From Candidatus Latescibacterota bacterium (lineage in GTDB: Bacteria > Latescibacterota > UBA2968): a DNA stretch of 64,000 nt. The DNA is taken from contig OZ240241.1 in the NCBI GenBank assembly GCA_965198115.1, positions 7,648,001 to 7,712,000 on the forward strand, read 5' to 3'. Shown here piece after piece: positions 1-9,859 of the stretch; within the stretch, counting starts at the first letter, position 1; every line of letters begins with the position of its first letter. A program made the translations under genes and the position numbers. The notes under the pieces were generated by a model that did not search any database, had not been told where the DNA came from, and saw only the letters and a program-made list of their open reading frames with translations.

Positions 1-2
1 AC

Positions 3-3000
3 CGTCTTCTCCGTGTTAACGTCACACCAGACAGCCCGACGGAAGCCCCGATCATCGAGCACATCCAGATGGTGGGCAACGACCTCGTCTCCGGTGCCGA
101 CGGCGACTCCTTCATCCTGTTCATCGATGACCCGCGATTCCGCGTGCGTGTCTTCGACCGGCGCATCGAGCCAACGCCTTTCCCTAGCGCCTACGTGCCG
201 GAAAATGCTCTGATCACGGGCCTCGACGGCTCAAGTCTCGATTTCGACGATCTGCGCGACGGCACGCGAATCGAAGTGATCGGGACGGACTCGGACGGCC
301 GTCTCACGGTTTCTGAAGTCCACGTCGTAGGCGGAAATGTCTTCGTGGGCGAAGGCGTCCTCGAGAGCATCGACGTCGCCAATCGCCTGCTCTTCCCCGC
401 GGCGGACCCGCCGCAGCATATCGATCGTCACGCCTTCATCGTCGATGCCTTCGGCAATCAGATCGATTTGGAGACAGCTGCACGTTTCATCGAGGAGAAT
501 GATAATCTGCTCCTCGTTGCCGAAATCAACCCGTTCGGTGAGGGGCTCGTGTCGCTCGCGTTCATCGACCCGAACTTTGGGCGTCCGCCAGGTCATAACG
601 AACAGATGTTCTGGACTGACCAGGTCGAAATCAACGTCGAACAGCGCCTCTTCATCTTCAGACAGGAAGGTCCCGTCCGTCTTGCCGATGATGCTGTCAT
701 CACCGGCACCGACGGCGAACCCCTGACCATCGAAGACCTCCTACCGGGCATACGTGCGTTCGTGCGAGGCGAGGAATTCGGCGAAGATGTCCTTATCACA
801 GCCATCACACTCATCCCCAACATCGATAGCGCGGACCTGGTCGCCGAGGTCGGAGACTTCGACGAGGACGGCATCGCGAACGATGTCATCGTCGAACTCC
901 GCGATCAGAACGGGAATCCGATCCAGCTTCCCCTTCGCATCTTTGTCGATTTCAACCATCCGTTCGAGACACGCTCCGGCCACATTCTGACCGACATACC
1001 GGCCGGTCCCCACGTGATTCGCCACGAGGTCGCCTCGAGGCCTGAGATTCACGATGAAGCACGCGTCTTCATAGGCGAGCGCGTCTCGACGTTGAGCGTG
1101 CTCGAAACGGTCCCCGCCGACGGAGCGACGGGTGTCCCCGTCGCAACCGACCTGCGCATTACTTTCAGCGAAGCCGTGCAGCAGTTCGGCGATTACGTTT
1201 CGGTCGAAGGCGACATTCATCCCGAACCCCTCACGCGTGACGAAGACATCGGTTTCACGCTGGAGGAGGAAGGCACCATCCTTGTCGTCCAAAACCTCGT
1301 CTTCGAGGAAAACACGACCTACACGCTCGTCATCTCATCCGCCACAGGCAGGGATGGTGGCGTGATGATCGACCCGATCCACGTTCAGTTCTCCACCGGC
1401 GAGAGCCTTCGCGAGCTGGGGAGCCTCACCGGCACGGTTACGCTGAACTCAGACTTGAGGTTCGTGGGCACGATCAGGCTCTTCAACGAAGAAGGCGAAC
1501 AGGTCCAGGAAGCACCGGTCTCCAGCTCGGGGAACTTCGTGTTCAACGCCCTGTTCGAAGGCACGTATCGCCTCGTCGCGGATGCCACGACCGAAGACGG
1601 TCGTGCCGTCAGCAGTGTCTACCACGATGAGATCGAAATCGGACCGGGCGAGGTGCTCGGCGGGTTCAACATCGTGCTCGAGCTTCCCGACGCGCCGGCA
1701 CCAGGCGGTGGTGAAGGAAATGAAGGAACGCTCGTCCAACTGGATCTCGACACACGTTCGGGCAACCAGGGTCTCGACAATGCGCGTGCGCTACCCGATG
1801 CGGATGTGAAGGTCACCGTTTACGCCGTAGACGTTCAGGACGTCATCGGCTACAACGTGTCTTTCGCCTACGATTCCACTGCCGTGTCCTTCGTCGGCGT
1901 AGACGAGGGGACGAGCGATGAAATCAACCTGCTCAAGCAGAACAGCGGTCTCGCCGTGACACTGCCGCCCATCGTGGGGGCGGGAAGCGTAGAGTTCGCA
2001 GGGGCGATTCTCGGGGCTGCCCAATCCCAGTCCGTTTCCGGAGAGGGCGTTCTGGGTGTCTTCCGATTCAAAACGAAAAACGACTTCGCGGCCCCGACGG
2101 AATTCCTCGTCCCGCGTGTCCTGCTTCAGACTTCTGCCAACGCCGACACCATCGACACATTAGCCCGGGCGGCCATCGATCTGGCCACTCAGCGTATTCT
2201 GCTCGGTCTCACCGCCAATCCCGATACGATTCGAGCCGACGGTCGCACGCGTTCGGCACTCAGGGTCGGTTTGAAGGATGCCGACAGCAATCCCATCCTC
2301 GAATCGACCTCGGTTCGCTTCGAAATCGTGACCGGCAGGGGCACGCTGGCACAGACCGAAATCGTCGCGTCCGGCGGCAAGGCCGAAGTCGATCTATACG
2401 GCAGCTCTTCGGGGTTGGTCACCGTCGAAGTCAGTGTCGACGGGGCGTCCCCTGAGCGTGTCAGCATCTGGCTCGAGGCGCCACCCGTCATCGGCACGGG
2501 TGCTGTCGGTCCGATCGTGCTCGACCTCGATCTCGAGGCCGGCGACCAGGGCCTGCGCGAAACCTCGAACCTCAACTCGGGTGACGAGGTGGCAATCGAT
2601 CTCGTGCTGACCGACGACCTGGCCGAGGGTCTATCCGGGTTCGAGATTCTCCTCCTCTACGACGAAACCGCCTTGAACTTCTCACGGTTCGAAATCGGCG
2701 AAGTCTTCGACGGTGCACTGCCGCTCACATCGACCGGGATCGACAGTCTGACGATCAGCGCGGCGATGCTCGGAAACACGACGACACGCCCCTCCGGTAG
2801 CCTCGGCCAGGTCGTGTTCGAGATAGGAGAAGGCTTCGGCGACGAAGTTTTCATTCGTCTCGACCGTGGCCAGCTCGGCGGCCCCGATGGCACCGTTCCC
2901 CTCGATATCGGACCAAGCGGGGCCACAATCCTCCTGGGTGGGCAATCTGCCGCCACGCCAGATTTCGATGGCGACGGAACGGTTGGATTCACCGATTTCG

Positions 3001-3821
3001 TCCAGTTCGCCGGAGCGTTCGGCTCTCGTGACGGAGACAATCTCTACGACGCTCGATTCGATCTGGACGGAAGCGGCGACATCGGCTTTCCCGATTTTGT
3101 CACGTTCGCCCAGGTCTTCGGCGGTCCAGCCTCGAAACGAACGAGGCTTGCCAAATCGGCGAGCACAATCGAGCTCCAACAGGTCACGCGGTTTGTCGAA
3201 GATGGCACCGTGGCACTCGACCTGAGCGCGTCCGGTGAGTTGGCGGGCTATGATTTGACCGTCGTCTACGATCCTGCGAGCGTGGAAATCCTCGGCGTGA
3301 CGTCAGAAATCGCGTCTCTCCTGTCCGCAGGGAATGATCCGGCACTGATGGAGGAGTTGACGCCCGGACGTCTTCGGATCACCGATTACGGTTCGGAGTG
3401 GTACGGGGAAGACGCCTTCATTTCCATCGTCGCACGTCCGATTGGCAACAGTGTGCCCACGCTGGACATCGTGGACGCGACGCTCGCCACGGAATCGGGC
3501 ATTCGAACAGCATCCGTACTGCACCAGATCGACGACCGCCCGACGGTGACCGAATTGGGGCGGAACTTCCCCAACCCCTTCAATCCAGATACGGTCATTC
3601 CCTTTGCGCTCTCCGAGGGTGGCCGCGTTCAGATCGTCGTCTACAACGTGCTCGGACAGGAAGTCGTCCGCCTGGCAGACGATCAGTACACAATCGGTCG
3701 TCACACCGTCGTCTGGAATGGGAAGGACGCAGTGGGCCGGTCAGCTTCGAGCGGACTCTACTTCGTTCGAATGGTCACCGCAGGGACCAAGGCTACGAGA
3801 AAGATGACCTTGGTCAAATGA
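3..3821 (+). CDS. Large multidomain surface/scaffoldin-like protein, 5'-partial: DUF5666-like repeats, SbsA Ig (Big_5), carboxypeptidase-regulatory-like, cohesin-like domains, invasin Big_1, dockerin-like EF-hand pair, C-terminal FlgD-Ig/T9SS-type sorting domain
   Basis: Frame is open from base 3. Motifs: ITGLDGSSLDFDDLRDGTRIEVIG and ITGTDGEPLTIEDLLPG; VLETVPADGATGVP..ITFSEAV; LDLDTRSGNQG and LDLDLEAGDQG ahead of cohesin-like YD..xL/V.F strands; DFDGDGTVGFTDF..FG..FDLDGSGDIGFPDF..FG; LGRNFPNPFNP..VYNVLGQEV..SGLYF. Confidence 0.85.
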   Translation, partial: RLLRVNVTPDSPTEAPIIEHIQMVGNDLVSGADGDSFILFIDDPRFRVRVFDRRIEPTPFPSAYVPENALITGLDGSSLDFDDLRDGTRIEVIGTDSDGRLTVSEVHVVGGNVFVGEGVLESIDVANRLLFPAADPPQHIDRHAFIVDAFGNQIDLETAARFIEENDNLLLVAEINPFGEGLVSLAFIDPNFGRPPGHNEQMFWTDQVEINVEQRLFIFRQEGPVRLADDAVITGTDGEPLTIEDLLPGIRAFVRGEEFGEDVLITAITLIPNIDSADLVAEVGDFDEDGIANDVIVELRDQNGNPIQLPLRIFVDFNHPFETRSGHILTDIPAGPHVIRHEVASRPEIHDEARVFIGERVSTLSVLETVPADGATGVPVATDLRITFSEAVQQFGDYVSVEGDIHPEPLTRDEDIGFTLEEEGTILVVQNLVFEENTTYTLVISSATGRDGGVMIDPIHVQFSTGESLRELGSLTGTVTLNSDLRFVGTIRLFNEEGEQVQEAPVSSSGNFVFNALFEGTYRLVADATTEDGRAVSSVYHDEIEIGPGEVLGGFNIVLELPDAPAPGGGEGNEGTLVQLDLDTRSGNQGLDNARALPDADVKVTVYAVDVQDVIGYNVSFAYDSTAVSFVGVDEGTSDEINLLKQNSGLAVTLPPIVGAGSVEFAGAILGAAQSQSVSGEGVLGVFRFKTKNDFAAPTEFLVPRVLLQTSANADTIDTLARAAIDLATQRILLGLTANPDTIRADGRTRSALRVGLKDADSNPILESTSVRFEIVTGRGTLAQTEIVASGGKAEVDLYGSSSGLVTVEVSVDGASPERVSIWLEAPPVIGTGAVGPIVLDLDLEAGDQGLRETSNLNSGDEVAIDLVLTDDLAEGLSGFEILLLYDETALNFSRFEIGEVFDGALPLTSTGIDSLTISAAMLGNTTTRPSGSLGQVVFEIGEGFGDEVFIRLDRGQLGGPDGTVPLDIGPSGATILLGGQSAATPDFDGDGTVGFTDFVQFAGAFGSRDGDNLYDARFDLDGSGDIGFPDFVTFAQVFGGPASKRTRLAKSASTIELQQVTRFVEDGTVALDLSASGELAGYDLTVVYDPASVEILGVTSEIASLLSAGNDPALMEELTPGRLRITDYGSEWYGEDAFISIVARPIGNSVPTLDIVDATLATESGIRTASVLHQIDDRPTVTELGRNFPNPFNPDTVIPFALSEGGRVQIVVYNVLGQEVVRLADDQYTIGRHTVVWNGKDAVGRSASSGLYFVRMVTAGTKATRKMTLVK

Positions 3822-3840
3822 CAACGTGAAACGGCATCAC

Positions 3841-3869
3841 CGCAGGGGCGGTTTGAAACCGCCCCTGCG
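3841..3869. repeat. REP-like perfect palindrome
   Basis: CGCAGGGGCGGTTT-G-AAACCGCCCCTGCG between convergent genes. Confidence 0.65.
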
Positions 3870-3890
3870 TAATCCACACTACCCCACACA

Positions 3891-3921
3891 AAAAGGCGCC
3901 GACCACTTGGTCGGCGCCTTT
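3891..3921. terminator. Bidirectional intrinsic terminator
   Basis: AAAAGGCGCCGACCA-CT-TGGTCGGCGCCTTT with A and T tracts, between convergent CDSs. Confidence 0.8.
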
Positions 3922-3949
3922 CTCCATTGTGTGTCTCGGCTGATCCGGA

Positions 3950-4165
3950 TCAGCCTTTCTTGGTGACGTTGGCCGCCTGGAGTCCCTTCGGACCTTCGGT
4001 GACCTCGAATTCGACCTCCTCGCCCTCGGACAACGTCTTAAACCCCTCTCCCTCGATGGCACTAAAATGGACGAACACGTCGTCTCCCCCATCTTGTTCG
4101 ATGAAGCCGTAGCCCTTGGCGTCGTTGAACCACTTAACTCGGCCTTCTGGCAAAGAATTCACCAC
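3950..4165 (-). CDS. cspA: Cold-shock protein (CSD); true start may be TTG at about 4153
   Basis: [15 protein letters not shown] (RNP1), DVFVHFSAI (RNP2), [10 protein letters not shown]. Confidence 0.95.
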   Translation of the reverse strand: MVNSLPEGRVKWFNDAKGYGFIEQDGGDDVFVHFSAIEGEGFKTLSEGEEVEFEVTEGPKGLQAANVTKKG

Positions 4166-4243
4166 CTTTCTGCCATCAAAAACACCGGCGTCCGGATCGA
4201 TCAGCCGTAGCTTTTCGGTATCCTTCGTGCCCTACATAAAACG

Positions 4244-4361
4244 AAAAAACGGCAAGGGGTCATACCTCAATCCCTTGCCACATTAACCACCCAGGTCTCG
4301 TGCTGAGAGACAGATTTTATGACCGCGGGCGTTAAAATAGCTTATCAGACCCCGAAGTCAA
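4244..4361 (-). promoter_or_regulatory. Putative sigma70 promoter and structured csp leader with a terminator-like hairpin
   Basis: Minus strand TTGACT-N16-TATTTT (about 4361-4334); hairpin GGCAAGGG..CCCTTGCC followed by GTTTTTT (4279-4244). Confidence 0.5.
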
Positions 4362-4390
4362 ACTATTATTCTCCCCCCTCCGAATTTTTC

Positions 4391-5580
4391 TCAAGCGGCC
4401 AGAATGTTCACCCGATTCGCGAGATTCGCGGCTGTAGAAGCCGTGTTATTCGGGGTCCCCTGGAGGCGACGGTTCTCGCTCTGAACGTCCCGTAAATCCC
4501 GCTGGGCGGATCGCAGGTCCTGCTCCAGCTCGCGCGTCTCCGACCGCAACTCCCTTGCCTGACGCTCGTTCGAATTGATCCGGCTCTCACGCCGAGCCTC
4601 AGATCCTTGGGCCGCCGACTCCGCTGTCTGCTGCAGGTTTTGGCGAGACTGGGCATCGGCGTCGGCCGTCAAACCACGCTGGATTTCGTTCGAGTCGGCC
4701 TGGAGGTTCTCACGTATTTCCTCCGTCGTATTCGCCCGACTGATCTGCTCGGCCGTGGGTTGCGCAACACGTGGTGTCGTCTGGTTCTGTACGGCTGCAA
4801 GTCGAATGGTCGCGTCAGCTCCCTGGTTGAGAGTCCTCGCCTGCAACGTTTCCAAATTCGGAATCTCACGAGCCAGATCCTGGAGTGTGGCCGTGGCCGT
4901 CGGCCGTTGAGGGGCGTTCTCATCGACTTGCGGTGGACCGGGCGCCGCCCTGGTATCGCGACGAGCTTCGATTCGATCGAGCGCGGCCTGGACAGCTGGA
5001 TTCGCCCGCGCACGATCGGTTGCGGCCGTCTGACTTGTCGCGACGCCCTCGAGTGCGACTTGAACTGTCGCATTCGCGCGGTTTTCCCGGGCGGTTGTCC
5101 TGCCCACGTTCCGGAGAGAGGCGAAACGGTCCAACGCCGTTTGTACTGCCGGGTTGGCGGGAGCGCGTTCTAGACGACCGGGTCGTTCGCCGGCCCCTTC
5201 CGCCCGCCTTTCTACACGAGTGTCTGTCGCCCTGACAGCTGGCAGGGGAGCCTGGCGGCGAGGTCGGTTTTCCTCAGGATCGGGAGCTGCGGTGGGGGCC
5301 CCTGCCTGGTCGTCTCCCGTCGTTCGAGCCGTCAGCTGGGCGCGCAGCTGCTGCGCTGCCTGAGACTGCGGTGGCAGCTGTTCGCGTACGTTTCGCGGGC
5401 GACGTGCGTCGTCCTCCCGGCCCCGGCCGCGGGCGACGGTGCGATCAGACTCGTCCCTACCTCGGGCGATACGTCTGCGACCGTCGTCGTCATCGCGATC
5501 GGCTACGCGGGTCGCGACACCCCCACGAATCGACTGTAGTAATCCCAAGAGCCGGTCGTTGCCGGCACGTGAAACAAAAA
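4391..5580 (-). pseudogene. Arg/Ala/Gln-rich protein with a C-terminal coiled coil; its first codons (ATG at 7232) are cut off by IS1595
   Basis: Removing IS 5581-7217 and one TSD copy restores in-frame MPIFVSRAGNDRLLGLLQSIR..., with GGGGA RBS upstream of ATG 7232. Confidence 0.7.
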
Positions 5581-5696
5581 CGCAATTAGTAGTTCTTGAC
5601 TTTCTATCTTGCCTGTTTTATTGTTTGGAATGTCATGAACGGGACCCGACTGAATTTCTGGCGCAACTTCAAACCCCCAATAGAAAGGTCAAGTAA

Positions 5697-5834
5697 ATGC
5701 CGAAAACACCACCGAAACCGTCTAAGAAACCGCCCAAGAAGCCGCCCAAGAAACCACCTAACCAGCGCATCAATATTCGAGCATCCCAGAAGCCCATAGA
5801 ATCAAAAAAATCACCGAAGAACAGAAAGAAATGA
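5697..5834 (+). CDS. Putative 45-aa Lys/Pro-rich small protein inside IS1595
   Basis: MPKTPPKPSKKPPKKPPKKPPNQRINIRASQKPIESKKSPKNRKK; AGAAAGG RBS; TTGACT-N17-TATTGT promoter starting in the IR (5596-5624). Confidence 0.4.
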   Translation: MPKTPPKPSKKPPKKPPKKPPNQRINIRASQKPIESKKSPKNRKK

Positions 5835-6264
5835 TAGCACAAATGTAAAACCACCATTTTCGATTTATGGTTTTAACATTCTCTAGCATTGCTTCACCTG
5901 CGTTCTGGATCGTGTCTTTCTTGAACTCCAAGCATGATGAAGATGAAGATGAAGAAAGATAATGTTCAAAGAGCGTAGAAGGATCAATTTGCTGTATATG
6001 GCCATGTGCGCATCCAATCAAACAAAGACCTATCGAGAGCAAAAGAGAACCTGCCACCCAAAGAAAATCAGTCTCCATATGTAAATCCAGTGCTTTTAAC
6101 GCCACAGGAAAAGCCAATACCGACGGGAGCAACAAGGCTAGCAACTTCTGAAGGCGAAGATTCATTGCATCCAACAACTTCTGTGCAACTTCATAAGAAT
6201 TGACAGCCAACTCATAGATCAAATCTACAGACGGAAATTCTTTCTCGTCATTCATGCGAAGCAT
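5770..6264 (-). CDS. IS passenger membrane protein (about 3 TM segments)
   Basis: Overlaps the transposase stop; hydrophobic stretches LLALLLPSVLAFPVAL, FLWVAGSLLLSIGLCLIG, WWFYICAIISF. Confidence 0.7.
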   Translation of the reverse strand: MLRMNDEKEFPSVDLIYELAVNSYEVAQKLLDAMNLRLQKLLALLLPSVLAFPVALKALDLHMETDFLWVAGSLLLSIGLCLIGCAHGHIQQIDPSTLFEHYLSSSSSSSCLEFKKDTIQNAGEAMLENVKTINRKWWFYICAIISFCSSVIFLILWASGMLEY

Positions 6265-7139
6265 CCTTTCACGAAGGAATCAAACGCCCGCTTGTTCTTC
6301 CGGTTGTTGTATTTGTAGCACGCCTCAGCCACGTAGAGCGGTGTAAACCGCTTCGAGTAGTGATGGTGGGAACCATACCAGGCTCTCTTGAGCAAAGACC
6401 ACACGCCCTCGATGGTGTTCGTATGAATGTCGCCGTCCGAATAGTGTCTCGCGTGCTGAATCACCGCGTGATTCATGATGCGACGGACGACATTGTAGAC
6501 CCCATATTCGTCCGTGATGAGCCTGGACCCGTCAGGATCGATGGCACGCCTGATGAACTGCAACACACCCTTACCCGAGAGATCATCCGCAACCTCGGCC
6601 ACGACCTTCCCTGAACGCTCCACGGCTCCGATTACAGCCGTTTTCTTCGTACCCCGCCCCCTGGGGTTCTGCTCGTCATCGTCGCGCTTGTTGCGCTTCC
6701 TGGGCCGCCCACCGACGTAGGTCTCGTCGGCCTCGATGATACCACGAAGTATGATTTTCCCCTGCTTGCTGGCCATTTCTGATCGGATACGCTGTTGCAT
6801 GTACCATGCTGTCTTCTGGTTCAGGCTCAGATCGCGGGCGAGCTGTGGACTGGACAGGCTTTTCTTTGCGTTCACGATAAGGGCAACAGCGGCAAACCAT
6901 TTCGGCAAAGGAATGTGCGTACCCTGAAACATCGTACCTGTCAACACGTTGAACGTTGACTTGCACGCGTGGCAATTCCAGCGGTTTACGTGCTTCGTCT
7001 CGCTCTTGCGGGCACACTCGTCTACCACGCCGCATCGGGGACAGAACGGATCATCTCCGAATCGGACCTTTTCCAGATGATCGATACACGCCTGCTGTGT
7101 CGGGAACTCTTTTGCTATGGTCATAAGGTCCATTCTCAA
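6252..7139 (-). CDS. IS1595-family DDE transposase
   Basis: CPRC..CHAC zinc ribbon, HTH, IEADETYVGG, LITDEY, HTNTIEGVWSLLKR. Confidence 0.95.
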   Translation of the reverse strand: MRMDLMTIAKEFPTQQACIDHLEKVRFGDDPFCPRCGVVDECARKSETKHVNRWNCHACKSTFNVLTGTMFQGTHIPLPKWFAAVALIVNAKKSLSSPQLARDLSLNQKTAWYMQQRIRSEMASKQGKIILRGIIEADETYVGGRPRKRNKRDDDEQNPRGRGTKKTAVIGAVERSGKVVAEVADDLSGKGVLQFIRRAIDPDGSRLITDEYGVYNVVRRIMNHAVIQHARHYSDGDIHTNTIEGVWSLLKRAWYGSHHHYSKRFTPLYVAEACYKYNNRKNKRAFDSFVKGCFA

Positions 7140-7298
7140 CCCCTTAGTGATTGTTTTTACAACTATTTAAATATACTCAATCACAAGGGGAAGTCAAGTC
7201 AAAAACTACTAATTGCGAACAAAAATCGGCATAGGACCCGTCCCCAGTTGATGTCGGATTGACCCATTCAGTCCGACGATCAAGACGTGTCTTTCCTA

Positions 7299-7960
7299 CT
7301 GTCCAGCAAAAAGTCATGACCTCCGGCAAAGCCGGAGGCTTGAAAACTTGTGAACCGCTCAAAGCGGTTGGAAACCAAGCGCCACCTAAAGGTGGCGATT
7401 ACCTGAAAATGTTGAGCTGGTCGAGACGCCGGTCCTCCCGCTCCTGGTTCTGGATATACTCCCGAACCGTCTGTTCATCCTTGCCAACGGTGGAGACCCA
7501 GTAGCCTCTTGCCCAGAAATGCTGCCCGGTGAAGTTCGACCTGCGTCCCAGATAGTTCCGAGCAATGTGAATCGCACTCTTTCCTTTGATGAACCCTACC
7601 GTCTGAGCTACTGAGTGCTTCGGCGGGATCGAAATCAACGTGTGCACATGATCGGATCGCAGGTGACCCTCTTCCACACGGCATTCCTTCTGTGCGGCCA
7701 GATCCCGAATCACCTCGCCCAGATAGCGACGAATTTCACCATACAACACTTTTCTACGATACTTCCGAACCCAAACAACGTCATACTTGCACTCCCATAC
7801 CGTGTGACGTAGACTCCTTACGTTGTTCATTAGAGAGCCTTCCTTCCGTGTGCTTTGAGCGGTCTACGGCAAGGGAGGCTCTTACATATTTCTGGAACTG
7901 TCAAACTCTGGGAGTCTCCCCGGCAGAGCCGGGGGCTTACCAAGGTTTAGTTAGCGAACA
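7299..7960 (-). mobile_element. IS200/IS605-family element, tnpA only; ends approximate
   Basis: Subterminal hairpins CCTCCGGCAAAGCCGGAGG (7320-7338) and CCCCGGCAGAGCCGGGG (about 7918-7934) flank the Y1 transposase. Confidence 0.8.
7399..7830 (-). CDS. tnpA: Y1 HUH transposase
   Basis: HTVWECKYDVVW..KYRRK, DHVH (HUH), GFIKGKS, FWARGY..STVG..EYIQNQ. Confidence 0.95.
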   Translation of the reverse strand: MNNVRSLRHTVWECKYDVVWVRKYRRKVLYGEIRRYLGEVIRDLAAQKECRVEEGHLRSDHVHTLISIPPKHSVAQTVGFIKGKSAIHIARNYLGRRSNFTGQHFWARGYWVSTVGKDEQTVREYIQNQEREDRRLDQLNIFR

Positions 7961-8033
7961 CTGACGGACGTGTCAATGTCGGGTGGAGCCGAGAGGATCG
8001 GGCAAGACACGCGAGCCCGACGTAGATCGTTGT

Positions 8034-8057
8034 AAAAGTGGCCTCGGGGCCACTTTT
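8034..8057. terminator. Bidirectional intrinsic terminator
   Basis: AAAAGTGGCC-TCGG-GGCCACTTTT. Confidence 0.7.
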
Positions 8058-8096
8058 CTCCCCTCACGGAGACTGCAGTAGTCTACAGCGGTGTGA

Positions 8097-9823
8097 TTAC
8101 GTTAAAATGAACCAGATCGGGCTTGTCCAGGCGATTTCTCCGTCCACCTAGGTGATTCGCAGGTAATAATAGCACGATTGGCCCGCCCTCTCACCTCGCG
8201 CTGCAGCGTGATTCGTGTGAGCTCCTGCTGATCGACCCAATCGAAGGACACATCGACGTCATCCCCGCGATACGTTCAGATCTCGACGTTGTTCCGAAGG
8301 ATTTCGATCCTGTCGACCTCCGCCGTTCCGAAAATCTGCGCTGACACATTCCGTTCCTGAATCAGATCCCGATCGGCCTCGTCCACCTCCACGATGCTTC
8401 CCATCCTGTGTCCGTCGATCGAAAAGTCGATCAGTGGCCGATGTCCCGTCGTCGCATAGCATCGCCGGTGGCGAAGGGCGTCGAAGATTCCCTCCTGCGA
8501 CGGCGCGTCTGCCTTCACCGCCGTCAAACCAGCGCGGTAGCCCCTCCCGGCCTCGGCCCGAACAGCGTCTGTGCCGATGCCCAGGCGGCTGTTGCTCCCC
8601 GCCCCTACGCCGGCAACGACGCCCGTCGCGAAGACAGCGTGAACGGTTCGTCGTGGATGTCGGTCCAACCGGATGTCGGGGTTTCGCCCTCCCCAGTGTT
8701 CCCTATTCCCCCAGCAAGAGTAAATTTCAAGCAGATGCGTGGCCACCATTTCTTCCCGGGACGAATCGGGCAAGCTATACCGCAGAACGGCGCCCGATTC
8801 AACACCGGTCTGGAAGGTGAACGACTCGCGTGTTAGCGTCGGATTCATCCCTACCGCCAACTCGAAGTCGAGTTCGGGCGCAGCCTCATCATCATCGATA
8901 CACGCGTGGAGGTCCCCCCACAACGGAGCGCTGCCCTGACTGAGGATTGGGTTGGTCACAGTCTGCAGACCGGTTTCGTCCTCACGTACCGTGAGCCGAA
9001 GAGGGTCCGCTTGCGGAGACTCCACAACGACCTCGAGCTGAACACCACGCCCTTCTAGATCTTCGTGGGCCTGGGACGGCGGCAAACGCACGCCGGTCCG
9101 ATCTGTCAGGAGCGAGAGCCATCCTCGCCAGTCTCGGCAACGGTTTCCCAGGGCGTCCCGGGCTACGACGCGAAGCGTGAAGGGTTCACCCGCGGTTACT
9201 CGAGACGGAGCAATGGCTTCCAGCCGCTCGATGTGTCCCGGAAGAACGTCCACCGTGGGTGCATCTTCGACGGCCAGGTAACGACGTCCCTCCTCTTCCG
9301 GCTCGGAGCAGACCCAAACACTGAACGTAGCCGGTCCCGCGTAGGGAGACGCAAAAGCCTTACCCGGCCCGTCGCCATAGTTCAACACAACCTGCTCGCC
9401 CGACCTCAAGGCCCCACGTTCGAGGAACAGATAGACCGCCTGATCGCCTGCCTCCTCGCGCAAGTCTTCTTCGATCTCACCTAGCACGGGTTCGACGGCG
9501 ACGCTGATGACAGATTCGATGTTCCCCGTCTGGGCGGAGACATGACCGGGTGCGTCAGGGTTGTCCGTCTGCGGTGCGCTGAAGCCGGTCGGTATCGTGA
9601 CGCGGATAACCGAACCCGGCGAAAGTCCCGATTCGCCCACCGCGTATGTAATCGACCAGAAACCGGCTTCTCCGGCGGGAATGGAAGGTTGTTGGCTGAG
9701 CGTCGTGCTACCTTCGGCGAAATTCACGGGGACCCCTTCGTGCACGTCCGGTTCGATGCGCGAATTAGTATAAGGCTGCCCGTCTCCCGTATCAATCGAC
9801 ACAAACAGAAACGCCACCGACAA
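8097..9823 (-). pseudogene. DUF3604/PHP-like protein with a degraded C-terminus
   Basis: LWGDLH, LLEIYSCWG, IFDALRHRRCYATTG. After TGA at 8276-8278 the family tail continues through a frameshift and a TAG: YYYLRIT*VDGEIAWTSPIW. Confidence 0.75.
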
Positions 9824-9859
9824 GCGTCGATGGCGTTCTTGCCAAACCGTGGGCGAACG

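Larger units (their letters stand above)
5581..7217 (-). mobile_element. IS1595-family element carrying a passenger gene
   Basis: 21-bp IRs CGCAATTAGTAGTT(C/T)TTGACT; 8-bp TSD AACAAAAA at 5573-5580 and 7218-7225; lower GC. Confidence 0.95.

Noticed and set aside
7299-7960. IS200/IS605 element as a TnpB/IscB RNA-guided system
   Set aside because: Only tnpA lies between the two hairpins; no nuclease ORF
8276-8278. In-frame TGA in the DUF3604-like gene as selenocysteine
   Set aside because: No redox motif or well-placed SECIS, and a frameshift and a TAG follow, so decay is more likely
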